From: Sandaracinaceae bacterium
Lineage (GTDB): Bacteria > Myxococcota_A > Polyangia > Polyangiales > JADJQN01
Direction: 5' to 3'
Assembly (NCBI GenBank): GCA_947483975.1
Contig: CANKOL010000010.1
Coordinates: 1-34,260 of the forward strand
Length of the DNA: 34,260 nt
Shown here: positions 7,166 to 17,042 of the stretch, one piece after another
Layout of the letters: every line of letters begins with the position of its first letter
How positions within the stretch are numbered: position 1 is the first letter of the stretch
Notes under the pieces: generated by a model
The model's database searches: none
Seen by the model: the letters and a program-made list of their open reading frames with translations, nothing else
Told to the model about the DNA's origin: nothing
Position numbers and translations under genes: made by a program

Positions 7166-9061
7166 TCAGTCGTGAATGCCGAGATCGCGGGCGAGCGCCC
7201 GAGCACAAGCCGCGAGCCGCCCGCGGTTGACGCGGACGTAGCGGACCTTCGGGGTCGCCGCGGCGCAGGCGCGGGAGAGCGCAGCGTCGGTCGAGTGATC
7301 CTGAAAGCCCGTCGCGCTGAGCACGAGGTCGTAGGCGCTGCGCTGAATGGCCTTGCCCGCGGCCTCGATGCGGCGCGGATCCGCGACGCACCAGGTGATC
7401 TCGAGGCCGAGCGCGGCCTCGAGGCGAGTGCGCAGATCCGGGTCTTCGCGGTTCGACACGAAGAGCGCGCGCTGCGCAGGCAGGCGCGCGCGGATCTGAC
7501 CGAGCAGCTTCTCGGTGACCGTCTCGAACGCGGCCTCGGCAGCAGCGGCCGCGGCGAGGCTGTCCCCAGCCTCCGCCTTGGCGCGGGCAGCAGCCGACGC
7601 TGCGGCCGCCTCCACGTCGAGATCCGCCGGCTCGTTGAGCGCGTCTTGCAGGTCGCGCAGCCGACGGCGCAGGCGCCGATCGTTGCCCGGCATATCGCCC
7701 TCGACGAGGGCGAGCACGTCGTCCTTGATGTCGACGACGATCGGCGTGAGGTCCTTCGACGAGAGCGTGTCGAACGCGCCGATGAGCCACGCGATGAACG
7801 CCGTCTTCTCCGACGCGGGCGGCCGCGCGGCGATGACGTCCTCGCGCTTGGCGCGGTTGAGATACTCGTACCAAGTGCCGCGCGGACGGTAGCCCGGATC
7901 GAGCACCGACTTGAGCGCCGAGCCTCGGTCGCCGAGCCCAGTGACGAGGAAGCGGATCCGACCGACCGCCGCGCCCCAGAGCTCTGCGTCCGGCGCGCTC
8001 GCGCGCAGCCAGCGCAGGCGCTGCGCGACCTCGATCAGCTCGAGCACATCACCGTCCGACACTCGCACGCTGTCGGCGCGATCCACCGGCGGCTGCGTCA
8101 GCGAGCCCGCGATGCGCTCGACCGTCGAGCGAAGCTTCGCGAAGAGCTGCGGGCGATCCGACGCGGGCGGGAACTGCGCCGAGCCGTCGAGCCAGCCGTC
8201 GTCGAAGCCGGGCTGATTCACGGCAGTGTCGAGCCGCGTCTCGAGCAACTCGGCGAGCTCGGCCCAGCGGCGCGGCATCGGGCGCGGCGCAGGCTCCACG
8301 CTGCGCGACGCTTGCTCGACCGTCGTGTGCAGTTGCAGCGCGCGCACGGTGCCGGGCCACCAGATCTTGCAGAGGTGCGTGAGGCGACGCGCGATGTTCT
8401 GCGTGGTGTGCTGCACCATGCGCTCGGTCGGGTACTGCTCCTCGATGCTGCGCGCCCGAGAGATCCACGCGAGCACGTGAGCGCGCTGCAGGGTCGGCGC
8501 CATCAGGGCGACCTCGCCGACGGCGTCCTCGATGCGCGCCCGCACGGAGCCGAGGTCCGCGAGCGCGTCCTCCACCGTGAAGAGCGTGCGCGACGAGGCA
8601 TCCGGATCGATGCTCGAGGCCGACGGCGCCGGCGCCGGACGAAGGACCGGCGGAGTGCCCCCACCGAACGTCGTGACGACCATGCGCGACGGACCGCGCG
8701 GCCCCGACGACGCGAAGCCCTCGGTGACGGTCGTCATCTGCGGTCTCGGTCGATCGCGCACCGGCTCGATCGGCGCGCGCGGCGGCGCGGTGTCCGCGGA
8801 GAGCGCTGCCGCTCGCCGGTCCACCTGCACGTCGAAGGACGCTCGCGCGACCTTCGTCGGCAGCATCGCGCGAAGCGCGTCGGTGAGGGCAGTCGCCGCG
8901 TCGGCGCCGCTCCCCTCGAAGCGCTCGTCTTCGCCGCGGACGGTGCACGCCGCGCCTCCGTCAGCCCAAGCCACGGCATAGCCGAGCTCGCGCAAGATCT
9001 CCACGGTTGCGCGCGAACGAAGGTCGGTCGGCGCGCTGATTCCTGTCGGTCGGTCTGCCAT
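7166..9061 (-). CDS. Large hypothetical protein with C-terminal DUF2325-like alpha/beta domain
   Basis: The C-terminus ALFVSNR...AYDLVLSATGFQDHS...YVRVNRGRLAACARAL follows the DUF2325 pattern (D-L-V-x4-F-x2-H). Start placed at ATG 9061 (MADRPT); the ORF track extends to 9184. Confidence 0.7.
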   Translation of the reverse strand: MADRPTGISAPTDLRSRATVEILRELGYAVAWADGGAACTVRGEDERFEGSGADAATALTDALRAMLPTKVARASFDVQVDRRAAALSADTAPPRAPIEPVRDRPRPQMTTVTEGFASSGPRGPSRMVVTTFGGGTPPVLRPAPAPSASSIDPDASSRTLFTVEDALADLGSVRARIEDAVGEVALMAPTLQRAHVLAWISRARSIEEQYPTERMVQHTTQNIARRLTHLCKIWWPGTVRALQLHTTVEQASRSVEPAPRPMPRRWAELAELLETRLDTAVNQPGFDDGWLDGSAQFPPASDRPQLFAKLRSTVERIAGSLTQPPVDRADSVRVSDGDVLELIEVAQRLRWLRASAPDAELWGAAVGRIRFLVTGLGDRGSALKSVLDPGYRPRGTWYEYLNRAKREDVIAARPPASEKTAFIAWLIGAFDTLSSKDLTPIVVDIKDDVLALVEGDMPGNDRRLRRRLRDLQDALNEPADLDVEAAAASAAARAKAEAGDSLAAAAAAEAAFETVTEKLLGQIRARLPAQRALFVSNREDPDLRTRLEAALGLEITWCVADPRRIEAAGKAIQRSAYDLVLSATGFQDHSTDAALSRACAAATPKVRYVRVNRGRLAACARALARDLGIHD

Positions 9062-9239
9062 CGGAACCCGGAGGATGACCCATAATCGGGGAGAGTGGGG
9101 ACCTGATCGTAAAGTCCAGACTTTTCGCATTCGGAGCGGCGCCCGGCTTCGGCCCCCGCCGCGCCATGCCGGGCGAGAACGCACGCCTCGCGCGCTCGGG
9201 GCAGCGGTCGAGGGCCACGCCTGCTAGCCTGCCGGGCCC

Positions 9240-10406
9240 ATGGCAGCACGTTCCCCCGAGCTTCGATTGGCCGCCTCCGCCGCGACCGAGGCGAGCGACG
9301 GCGGCTCGGACGAGTGGCGCTGGCAGGTACGGCACGCGATCACCGATCTCGCCGCGCTCGAGGCTGCGCTGACGCTGACCGACGGCGAGCGCGAGGGCGT
9401 ACGCCGCGCCCTCGCCGACGGCTTCCCGATGTCGATCACGCCCTATTATCTTGGGCTCTGCGACCCGCTCGACGCGGCGTGTCCGGTACGGCGGCAGTGC
9501 GTCCCCTGCGCCGACGAGGCGCTCACCGTGCCCGGCGATCTGCGCGATCCGCTCGGCGAAGAGGTGCACGAGGTCGCGCCCCACCTCGTGCAGCGCTACC
9601 CGGATCGCGTGCTCTTGCTCGCGACGGATCGCTGCAGCGTCTACTGCCGCTTCTGCACGCGCTCGCGGATGGTCGGCGCCGGCGGCGGCGTGCGCGGCTC
9701 AGCGCAGCTCGCGCCCGCCTTCGCGTGGCTGCGCGCGCATCCCGAGGTGCGCGAGGTGATCGTCTCGGGCGGCGATCCTCTCGTCGCGAGCACCGAGCGA
9801 ATCGCGCAGACGCTCTCGGAGCTCGCCTCGATCTCGAGCGTCGAGCTCGTGCGGATCGCGACGCGCACGCCCGTCACGCTCCCGCAGCGCATCACGAGCG
9901 AGCTCTGCGCAGCGCTGCGCCTGCATCCCTCGGTGTGGCTGATGACGCACTTCAACCATCCGAAGGAGCTCACCGAGGCGTCGCTGCGCGCCTGCGCGCG
10001 CCTCGTCGACGCGGGCATCCCCGTGATGAACCAGACGGTGCTCCTGCGCTCCGTGAACGACGACGCCGACGTCCTCGAGCAGCTCTTTCGCGGCCTCGTC
10101 CGGACCCGCGTGAAGCCGTATTACCTGCTCCAAGCCGATCCGGTGCGCGGCACCGCGCACCTGCGCACGTCGATCGACCAGGGGCTCACGCTGATGGCGC
10201 GGCTGCAGGGTCGGCTGAGCGGGCTCGCGCTCCCGAAGTACATCGTCGACACTCCCGGCGGCCACGGGAAAGTCCCGCTCCTGCCTGACTACGTCGTCGC
10301 GCGAAACGGCGGCACGACGACGCTCCGCACGTTCCGCGGTGCGCTCGTCGACTACGTCGATCCGCCGGCAGCTTGCGCGCCGACGGTCGAAGCAGAGCGC
10401 CCCTGA
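9240..10406 (+). CDS. kamA: KamA family radical SAM enzyme, lysine 2,3-aminomutase-like
   Basis: QRYPDRVL, CSVYCRFCTR (CxxxCxxC), SGGDPL, THFNHPKE, NQTVLLRSVND, PYYLLQAD and DTPGGHGK (PLP lysine). Confidence 0.9.
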   Translation: MAARSPELRLAASAATEASDGGSDEWRWQVRHAITDLAALEAALTLTDGEREGVRRALADGFPMSITPYYLGLCDPLDAACPVRRQCVPCADEALTVPGDLRDPLGEEVHEVAPHLVQRYPDRVLLLATDRCSVYCRFCTRSRMVGAGGGVRGSAQLAPAFAWLRAHPEVREVIVSGGDPLVASTERIAQTLSELASISSVELVRIATRTPVTLPQRITSELCAALRLHPSVWLMTHFNHPKELTEASLRACARLVDAGIPVMNQTVLLRSVNDDADVLEQLFRGLVRTRVKPYYLLQADPVRGTAHLRTSIDQGLTLMARLQGRLSGLALPKYIVDTPGGHGKVPLLPDYVVARNGGTTTLRTFRGALVDYVDPPAACAPTVEAERP

Positions 10407-10458
10407 AACGAGGACCGTGTTCCACGCCCGGCGACGCGGGCGGACGGGTGTTTTCCCA

Positions 10459-10486
10459 TTGCGAGGACGACTCGAGGGTGTATAGG
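10459..10486 (+). promoter_or_regulatory. Candidate sigma70-type promoter of sdhCAB
   Basis: TTGCGA-N16-TATAGG, ending 26 nt upstream of the sdhC ATG. Confidence 0.35.
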
Positions 10487-10512
10487 GGCCGGGACTCCCA
10501 CGAGGTTTTGAG

Positions 10513-11250
10513 ATGCCGCGAGTGCTCCTCCTCCACCAGACGTCCCTCGGCAAGAAGGCCATCGTCGCCGTCACGGGCGTGGTCATGTTCGGCTTCCTCA
10601 CAGGGCATATGCTCGGGAACCTGCAGGTGTTCCGTGGCCCCGAGGCGCTGAACCACTACGCCGCCCTCCTGAAGGCGACGGCGCCGCTGCTGTGGGGCAC
10701 GCGCATCGTCGTGCTCACCTCGGTCATCGCGCACATCTACTTCTCGATGATGCTCGCGGCGCAGTCCGGTGACGCTCGCCCGACGCCCTACGCGAAGCGC
10801 GAGAACAACACCGCGAACCTCGCGTCGATGTCGATGCGCCTGAGCGGCCCGACCCTCGGGCTCTTCATCGTCTATCACCTGCTGCACCTGACCCTCGGCT
10901 TCTCGCCGACGGGCGTGCACAGCGAGACCGACGTGTACGCGAACGTGATGTCGAGCTTCTCGATCTGGTGGCTCGCGGCGATCTACATCGTCGCCCAGCT
11001 AATGCTCGGGCTGCACCTCTTCCACGGCGCGTGGAGCTTCTTCCAGACGCTCGGCCTGAACCACCCGCGCTACAACGCGCTGCGCCGCTACTTCGCCGCG
11101 GGCATCACGCTGCTCATCGTCGGCGGCAACATCCTCATTCCTTCGGTGATCCTCTCGGGCTACCGGACGCAGGCGCAGTTGGACGCCGAAACCCCCGCAG
11201 CCCCCGCAGACGATGCGCCTGTCGAGGCGCGCAACATCGTGGTCGAGTGA
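10513..11250 (+). CDS. sdhC: Succinate dehydrogenase/fumarate reductase cytochrome b558 subunit
   Basis: [29 protein letters not shown]...SFFQTLG; about 5 TM helices with heme-ligand His residues. Confidence 0.93.
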   Translation: MPRVLLLHQTSLGKKAIVAVTGVVMFGFLTGHMLGNLQVFRGPEALNHYAALLKATAPLLWGTRIVVLTSVIAHIYFSMMLAAQSGDARPTPYAKRENNTANLASMSMRLSGPTLGLFIVYHLLHLTLGFSPTGVHSETDVYANVMSSFSIWWLAAIYIVAQLMLGLHLFHGAWSFFQTLGLNHPRYNALRRYFAAGITLLIVGGNILIPSVILSGYRTQAQLDAETPAAPADDAPVEARNIVVE

Positions 11251-11278
11251 CGCTGATGACACTCGCGGAGACAACGCC

Positions 11279-13225
11279 ATGGAGCTGAAGTCGAACGCCC
11301 CGACGGGCCCGATCGAGACGCGCTGGGACCGCCACCGCTTCGGAATGAAGCTCGTGAACCCGGCGAACAAGCGCAAGTACAAGGTCATCGTCGTGGGCAC
11401 GGGCCTCGCGGGGGCGAGCGCTGCGGCGACCCTCGCCGAGCTCGGCTACAACGTCGACGCGTTCTGCTACCAGGACTCGCCGCGACGCGCGCACTCGATC
11501 GCCGCGCAAGGCGGCATCAACGCCGCGAAGAACTACCAGAACGACGGCGACAGCATCTATCGCCTCTTCTACGACACCGTGAAGGGCGGCGACTTCCGCG
11601 CCCGCGAGTCGAACGTCTATCGCCTCGCGCAGATCAGCGTGCAGATCATCGATCAGTGCGTCGCGCAGGGCGTGCCGTTCGCGCGTGAGTACAGCGGGCT
11701 GCTCGACAACCGCAGCTTCGGCGGCTCGCAGGTCTCGCGCACCTTCTACGCGCGCGGTCAGACGGGTCAGCAGCTCCTGCTCGGCGCGTATCAAGCGCTC
11801 GAGAAGATGATCGACGCGGGCGGCGTGAAGATGTTCCCGCGCCGCGAGATGCTCGACCTGATCGTCGTCGACGGCCGCGCGCGCGGCATCGTCACGCGCA
11901 ACATGGTCGACGGCACGATGGAGATTCACATGGCCGACGCCGTGTGCCTCGCCACCGGCGGCTACGGCAACGTCTTCTACCTCTCGACGAACGCCAAGGG
12001 CTGCAACGTCACGGCGAGCTGGCGCGCGCACCGCCGCGGCGCGCTCTTCGCGAACCCCTGCTACACGCAGATCCACCCGACCTGCATCCCGGTGCACGGC
12101 GACTATCAGTCGAAGCTCACGCTGATGAGCGAGTCGCTCCGCAACGACGGCCGCGTCTGGGTCCCGAAGAACAAGGACGACGTCGGCAAGAAGCCCGGCT
12201 CGATCCCCGAGGAAGACCGCGACTACTACCTCGAGCGGATGTACCCGAGCTTCGGCAACCTCGCCCCGCGCGACATCTCCTCGCGCGGCGCCAAGACCGT
12301 CTGCGACGAGGGACGCGGCGTCGGCCCCGGAGGCCTCGGCGTCTACCTCGACTTCGCGGACGCGATCAAGCGCGTCGGCAAGGCCAAGATCGCGGAGCGC
12401 TACGGCAACCTCTTCGAGATGTACGAGCAGATCACCGCAGAGAACCCCTACGAGGTTCCGATGCGCATCTACCCGGCCGTGCACTACACGATGGGTGGCC
12501 TCTGGGTGGACTACAACCTCCAGAGCACGATCCCCGGGCTCTTCGTGCTCGGCGAGGCGAACTTCTCCGATCACGGAGCCAACCGCCTCGGCGCGAGCGC
12601 GCTGATGCAGGGGCTCGCGGACGGCTACTTCGTCATCCCGGCGACGATCGGCAACTACCTCGCGAGCGAGGGCGGCGGCAAGCTCTACGAGAAGCGCCCG
12701 GGCGTCGACCACGCCGAGGCGATCAAGGTCCGCGACGAGGTCTCGGCGCGCCTCGACAAACTGCTCCACAGCAAGAAGCCGACCCGCACGCCCGCATCGT
12801 TCCACCGGGAGCTCGGCAAGCTGCTCTGGGACAACTGCGGCATGGGGCGCACAGCCAAGCGACTCGAGGCGGCCCTCGCGCGCATCCCGGCGCTTCGTCA
12901 GGAGTTCTGGGACACGATCCTCGTCCCGGGCACCGGCGAGGAGCTGAACCAGACGCTCGAGCACGCGGGGCGCGTCGCCGACTTCCTCGAGTTTGCCGAG
13001 CTGCTCTGCAAGGATGCGCTGCACCGCGAGGAGTCTTGCGGCGGGCACTTCCGCGAGGAGCATCAGGTCGAAGAAGGCCCTGAAAAGGGCGAGGCCCAGC
13101 GCAACGACGAGCTGTTCCAGTACGTGGCCGCGTGGGAGTGGAAGGGCGCGGATGCGCCCCAGGTCCTCCACAAGGAAGCGCTGGACTTCGAGCACGTGAA
13201 GCCTTCGCAACGCAGCTACAAGTAG
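11279..13225 (+). CDS. sdhA: Succinate dehydrogenase/fumarate reductase flavoprotein subunit
   Basis: [23 protein letters not shown] (FAD-His), [42 protein letters not shown] before ATG 11279. Confidence 0.96.
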   Translation: MELKSNAPTGPIETRWDRHRFGMKLVNPANKRKYKVIVVGTGLAGASAAATLAELGYNVDAFCYQDSPRRAHSIAAQGGINAAKNYQNDGDSIYRLFYDTVKGGDFRARESNVYRLAQISVQIIDQCVAQGVPFAREYSGLLDNRSFGGSQVSRTFYARGQTGQQLLLGAYQALEKMIDAGGVKMFPRREMLDLIVVDGRARGIVTRNMVDGTMEIHMADAVCLATGGYGNVFYLSTNAKGCNVTASWRAHRRGALFANPCYTQIHPTCIPVHGDYQSKLTLMSESLRNDGRVWVPKNKDDVGKKPGSIPEEDRDYYLERMYPSFGNLAPRDISSRGAKTVCDEGRGVGPGGLGVYLDFADAIKRVGKAKIAERYGNLFEMYEQITAENPYEVPMRIYPAVHYTMGGLWVDYNLQSTIPGLFVLGEANFSDHGANRLGASALMQGLADGYFVIPATIGNYLASEGGGKLYEKRPGVDHAEAIKVRDEVSARLDKLLHSKKPTRTPASFHRELGKLLWDNCGMGRTAKRLEAALARIPALRQEFWDTILVPGTGEELNQTLEHAGRVADFLEFAELLCKDALHREESCGGHFREEHQVEEGPEKGEAQRNDELFQYVAAWEWKGADAPQVLHKEALDFEHVKPSQRSYK

Positions 13226-13255
13226 CGGCTACGAGTAGATCGAGGAGAGACGACC

Positions 13256-14053
13256 ATGGCAGGCGATGCGAAGACCATGAACCTCAGGCTCCACGTCTGG
13301 CGCCAGACGAGCGTCAAGGACGAGGGGCGCTTCGAGGAGTACGCCGCGAAGGGCGTGAGCCCGGGGATGTCGTTCCTCGAGATGCTCGATGTCGTGAACG
13401 AGGAGCTGATCACGACCGGCAAGCAGCCGCTCGCGTTCGACCACGACTGTCGCGAGGGCATCTGCGGCGCGTGCGGCGTCATGATCAACGGCAACGCGCA
13501 CGGTCCGCAGGGCGCCACGACGACCTGTCAGCTGCATATGCGGTCGTTCTCGGACGGCGATGAGCTTTGGATCGAGCCTTGGCGCGCGAGGGCGTTCCCC
13601 GTGCTGCGAGACCTGATGGTCGATCGCTCGGCGTTCGACCGCATCATCGCGGCGGGCGGCTATGCCTCCGTGCGCACCGGCTCGGCGCGCGACGCCAACG
13701 AGATCCTGATCCCGAAGCAGAACGCGGACTCGGCGATGGACGCCGCCGCGTGCATCGGCTGCGCGGCCTGCGTCGCCGCGTGTCCGAACGCGAGCGCGGC
13801 GCTCTTCACGGCCGCGAAGGTCACGCACCTCGCAGAGTTGCCGCAGGGACAGCCCGAGCGGATGCGGCGCGTCGTCCGCATGGTCGATCAGATGGACATC
13901 GAAGGGTTCGGGCACTGCACGAACCACCGCGAGTGTGAGGCCGCCTGCCCGAAGCAGATCAGCGTCGCCGTCATCGCGCAGATGAACCGGGACTACCTGC
14001 GCGCAAAGCTGATCGCCCCCGCCGACAACGAGAACGCTGGCTCGGGCGGCTGA
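13256..14053 (+). CDS. sdhB: Succinate dehydrogenase/fumarate reductase iron-sulfur subunit
   Basis: [42 protein letters not shown]. Confidence 0.96.
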   Translation: MAGDAKTMNLRLHVWRQTSVKDEGRFEEYAAKGVSPGMSFLEMLDVVNEELITTGKQPLAFDHDCREGICGACGVMINGNAHGPQGATTTCQLHMRSFSDGDELWIEPWRARAFPVLRDLMVDRSAFDRIIAAGGYASVRTGSARDANEILIPKQNADSAMDAAACIGCAACVAACPNASAALFTAAKVTHLAELPQGQPERMRRVVRMVDQMDIEGFGHCTNHRECEAACPKQISVAVIAQMNRDYLRAKLIAPADNENAGSGG

Positions 14054-14068
14054 TACTTCGATGGGAAA

Positions 14069-14120
14069 GACGGCGCGCTGAGCCAGGCTCGCGCGCCGTC
14101 GAGTCCTGAGTTCAGGACTC
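14069..14120. terminator. Two abutting hairpins between convergent sdhB and kinase genes
   Basis: GACGGCGCGC-T-GAGC-CAG-GCTC-GCGCGCCGTC (14069-14100), immediately followed by GAGTCCTGA-GT-TCAGGACTC (14101-14120). No clear U-tract on +. Confidence 0.45.
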
Positions 14121-14128
14121 CCGCACGC

Positions 14129-15427
14129 TCAGACCGCGGCGGTCGCGATCATCACGAGTCCTGTGATGAACGTGCCAACCCCCGCGATGAAGCCAGCGAA
14201 GGCCACGTTGGGGTGTCGGTCGACGAAGCGCCCGGCCTCGCGCGCCATACGCTTGGTCATGGTCGCGTGACACTGCACGGGGATTCGCCCCTCCTGAATC
14301 GCGTGCAGGACGGCGAGCATCTCGTCGGCGCTCTGATAGCGGGCGCCGATGCCCTTGGCCAGGCCCTTGCGAACGAAGTGCACGAGCTCCGCCGGGTAGC
14401 CCTGCGCGCCGTTCGTCGACGACAGTGAGAGCGCCATCTTCGTTGGCTCCTCGTTGACGACGCCGTGCAGCAGCCCCGGCAGCGTCGTCTTTTCCTCGAG
14501 GTAGTGGCGCAGCGCAAAGAGCTCGTGAAACACGACACTCGCGCTGTAGAGGTCGGAGCGCGCATCGAGCGCCGCGTTGTCCCCGCGCGCTTGCTCGGGC
14601 GACATATACGCGGGGGTGCCGAGGAGGTGCCCCGCCTGCGTCTGCAACGCTCTCCGGGACTTGCTGCCATCGAGTGAGCTCGCCTCACCCACGACCTCTG
14701 GGGGCGCCTCGGCCGCGTCGGCCGGGGGCTCTGCACCGCCGATGCGCTTCGAGATGCCCCAGTCCATCAAGACGACCTCGCCGAAGCGCCCGATCATGAT
14801 GTTCGCGGGCTTCAGATCGCGGTGCAGGATGCCGTGCGAGTGCGCGTAGCCGAGCGCTTGGAGGAGCTGCACGGCGATGCGGATGCGCTCCTCGAACGAA
14901 TAGCGCGCCGTGTAGACGGGGTCGCGCGCGCGGAGGCGCTCGATCACATGCTCGAGCGTGTCGCCGTCGACGAACTTCATCACGAAGAAGTAGCGCCCCT
15001 GGGCGTCGAGCCCGACGTCGTGGATCGGGATGATGCCGGGGTGCTCGAGCGTGCCGATCGTGCGCACCTCCTCCACGAAGCGCGCGAGCGTCGCGGGCCG
15101 GACCGCTTCGGGGAGCATCCGCTTGATCGCCACCTCGCGCCCGATGTCGTGATCGCGCACGAGCGCGACCTCGCCCATGCCGCCCGCGCCGAGCGACTTC
15201 ATCTGCTCGTAGCGTTCCCGCGTGGCGTCGACGACGACAGGGCGGGCGTCAGCCCCGACGTCGATGCGCGGCAGGACCGTCGTGTGCGTGCGCCCCCCGT
15301 CGCGGGTCGGGAGGACCGCGCCGACTTTGGCCGCAGGCGCGTGCAGCGTCGCGGCGAGCGAGACGTCGCTGATCGTGTCGGCAACGGAAGCAGCGTCGAG
15401 GGTCGGGGCGAGGGACGTGGCGCTCAT
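14129..15427 (-). CDS. Hanks-type Ser/Thr protein kinase with C-terminal TM helix
   Basis: LGAGGMGEV, VAIK, HRDLKPANI, DWG, GTPAYMSPEQ, SDLYS; hydrophobic C-terminal tail. Confidence 0.93.
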   Translation of the reverse strand: MSATSLAPTLDAASVADTISDVSLAATLHAPAAKVGAVLPTRDGGRTHTTVLPRIDVGADARPVVVDATRERYEQMKSLGAGGMGEVALVRDHDIGREVAIKRMLPEAVRPATLARFVEEVRTIGTLEHPGIIPIHDVGLDAQGRYFFVMKFVDGDTLEHVIERLRARDPVYTARYSFEERIRIAVQLLQALGYAHSHGILHRDLKPANIMIGRFGEVVLMDWGISKRIGGAEPPADAAEAPPEVVGEASSLDGSKSRRALQTQAGHLLGTPAYMSPEQARGDNAALDARSDLYSASVVFHELFALRHYLEEKTTLPGLLHGVVNEEPTKMALSLSSTNGAQGYPAELVHFVRKGLAKGIGARYQSADEMLAVLHAIQEGRIPVQCHATMTKRMAREAGRFVDRHPNVAFAGFIAGVGTFITGLVMIATAAV

Positions 15428-15478
15428 CGCGGCATCGTAGTCCTGGGCTCCCGCCTCGTCACCCCCGCCGCGCGCCGC

Positions 15479-16093
15479 TCAGCGCGCCTCTCTCAGCCTG
15501 ACGCGCACGACGTAGGCGAAGAGCCCGACGGCGACCACCCCGACGCCGAGCGCGATCCACGCGTAGGTCGACGCGAGCGAGGAGAGGCGTCGCCAGTTGC
15601 CCCCGACGGCCCAGCCGAGCACGAAGAGCAGCGCGTTCCAGGCGCTCGCGCTGACTGCGCCCCACAGGATCACCCGCGACACGGGCACGCGCGCGAGGCC
15701 CGCGCCGACGAAGAAGAACGCCCGCAGCGCTGGCAGAAAGCGATTGAGCGCGAGGTAGACCGCGCCGTGGCGCTCGAAGCGCAGCTGCACCTCCGCGAGG
15801 GCGGCTCGAGTGCGCCGACCTCGCAGCAGGCGCGGCGGGTTCCCGGGGTCGCGCGCGATTCTTCGGCCAACGGCGTACGCGCCGAGCCCGCCGAGGACGG
15901 AGCCGACGTCGATCGCCAGATACACGAGCCAAGGGGAGTAGCCGGCGCTGCCCGCGAGAAAAACGCCGAAGAGCGTGATCGTGTCGCCAGGGAACGGCGG
16001 GAAGACATACTCGAGCGCCGCAGCGAAGCAGAGCGCGAGGTAGCCAAAGGGCCCTTCGTGCGACGCTAGCCACCGCAGGAGAACGTCGGTCAT
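15479..16093 (-). CDS. dedA: DedA family membrane protein
   Basis: LEYVFPPFPGD, GSVLG...YAVGR, RFLPALR...GAG. Confidence 0.88.
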   Translation of the reverse strand: MTDVLLRWLASHEGPFGYLALCFAAALEYVFPPFPGDTITLFGVFLAGSAGYSPWLVYLAIDVGSVLGGLGAYAVGRRIARDPGNPPRLLRGRRTRAALAEVQLRFERHGAVYLALNRFLPALRAFFFVGAGLARVPVSRVILWGAVSASAWNALLFVLGWAVGGNWRRLSSLASTYAWIALGVGVVAVGLFAYVVRVRLREAR

Positions 16094-17030
16094 GTCCGCG
16101 GTCCCATTCTCTCAGCCATCCCCATCGCTGCTCCCACCCGTGCCGCTCACGCCAGGGTCACGGATCGCCGTGATCGCGCCGGCGGGTCCGTTCGACGCCG
16201 CTGCGTTCGAGGCCGGACTCGCGCGGCTGCGTGCTCGCTACGAGGTGACGTTCCGCGACGATCTGCACGCGCGCAAGGGCTACTTCGCTGGCGACGACGC
16301 GCGGCGCCTCGCCGAGCTCCACGGGGCGCTCGTCGATCCGAGCGTCCGCGCCATCGTCGCTGCGCGCGGCGGCTACGGCTCGGGGCGGCTGCTCCCGTCG
16401 CTCACGCCAGCGCTCGTCCGCGACTCGCGCAAGCTGCTCATCGGCTTCAGCGACCTCACCGCGCTGCACGCGCTCTGGGCGCGCGCGGGCCTGCGCAGCC
16501 TGCACGCGACGATGGTCTGCGGGCTCGGCGCGCGCTCGACGAGCGACGCGCTGCTCGGGCGCTGGGTCGAGGCGGCTGAAGGCTCGCCGCCTGAGATTGT
16601 TCGCGGTTTGCGAACAATCTCGGCGTCGCGCGCGACGACGTCGGGGCCGCTCGCGGGGGGCAACCTCGCGGTGCTCGTGTCGCTGCTCGGCACGCCGTAC
16701 TTCCCGCCCGTCGACGGCGCCGTGCTCTTCCTCGAGGACACCGGCGAGCGGCCCTATCGCGTCGACCGGATGCTCACGCAGCTGCGGCAGGCAGGCGTGT
16801 TCTCGCGAGTCGCCGCGGTCGTGCTGGGCGCGTTCACCGACGCGGCGCCAGGCAAGGACGGCACGACCATCGACGACGCGCTCGCGTCGTGCGTCGCAGA
16901 CCTCGGCGTGCCGGTGCTGAGCGGCGTGCCGTCGGGGCACGTCGACGACAACCTAGAATTGCCCCTCGGCGCGCGCGTCACGGTCGATGCGGACGCGGGC
17001 GCGCTGACGTTCGACGAGGGGCTCGCCTGA
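16092..17030 (+). CDS. ldcA: LD-carboxypeptidase (peptidase S66)
   Basis: IAVIAPAG, ARGGYG, GFSDLTALH (Ser), GGNL, LFLEDTGE (Glu), SGH (His). The true start may be slightly downstream (e.g. GTG 16140). Confidence 0.9.
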   Translation: MSAVPFSQPSPSLLPPVPLTPGSRIAVIAPAGPFDAAAFEAGLARLRARYEVTFRDDLHARKGYFAGDDARRLAELHGALVDPSVRAIVAARGGYGSGRLLPSLTPALVRDSRKLLIGFSDLTALHALWARAGLRSLHATMVCGLGARSTSDALLGRWVEAAEGSPPEIVRGLRTISASRATTSGPLAGGNLAVLVSLLGTPYFPPVDGAVLFLEDTGERPYRVDRMLTQLRQAGVFSRVAAVVLGAFTDAAPGKDGTTIDDALASCVADLGVPVLSGVPSGHVDDNLELPLGARVTVDADAGALTFDEGLA

Positions 17031-17042
17031 CGTTCCGGCGCG

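Noticed and set aside
14740..14790. Kinase DWG in place of DFG as a sign of a pseudokinase
   Set aside because: DWG is a common variant in bacterial Pkn2-type kinases, and the other catalytic motifs (VAIK, HRDLKPAN) are intact.
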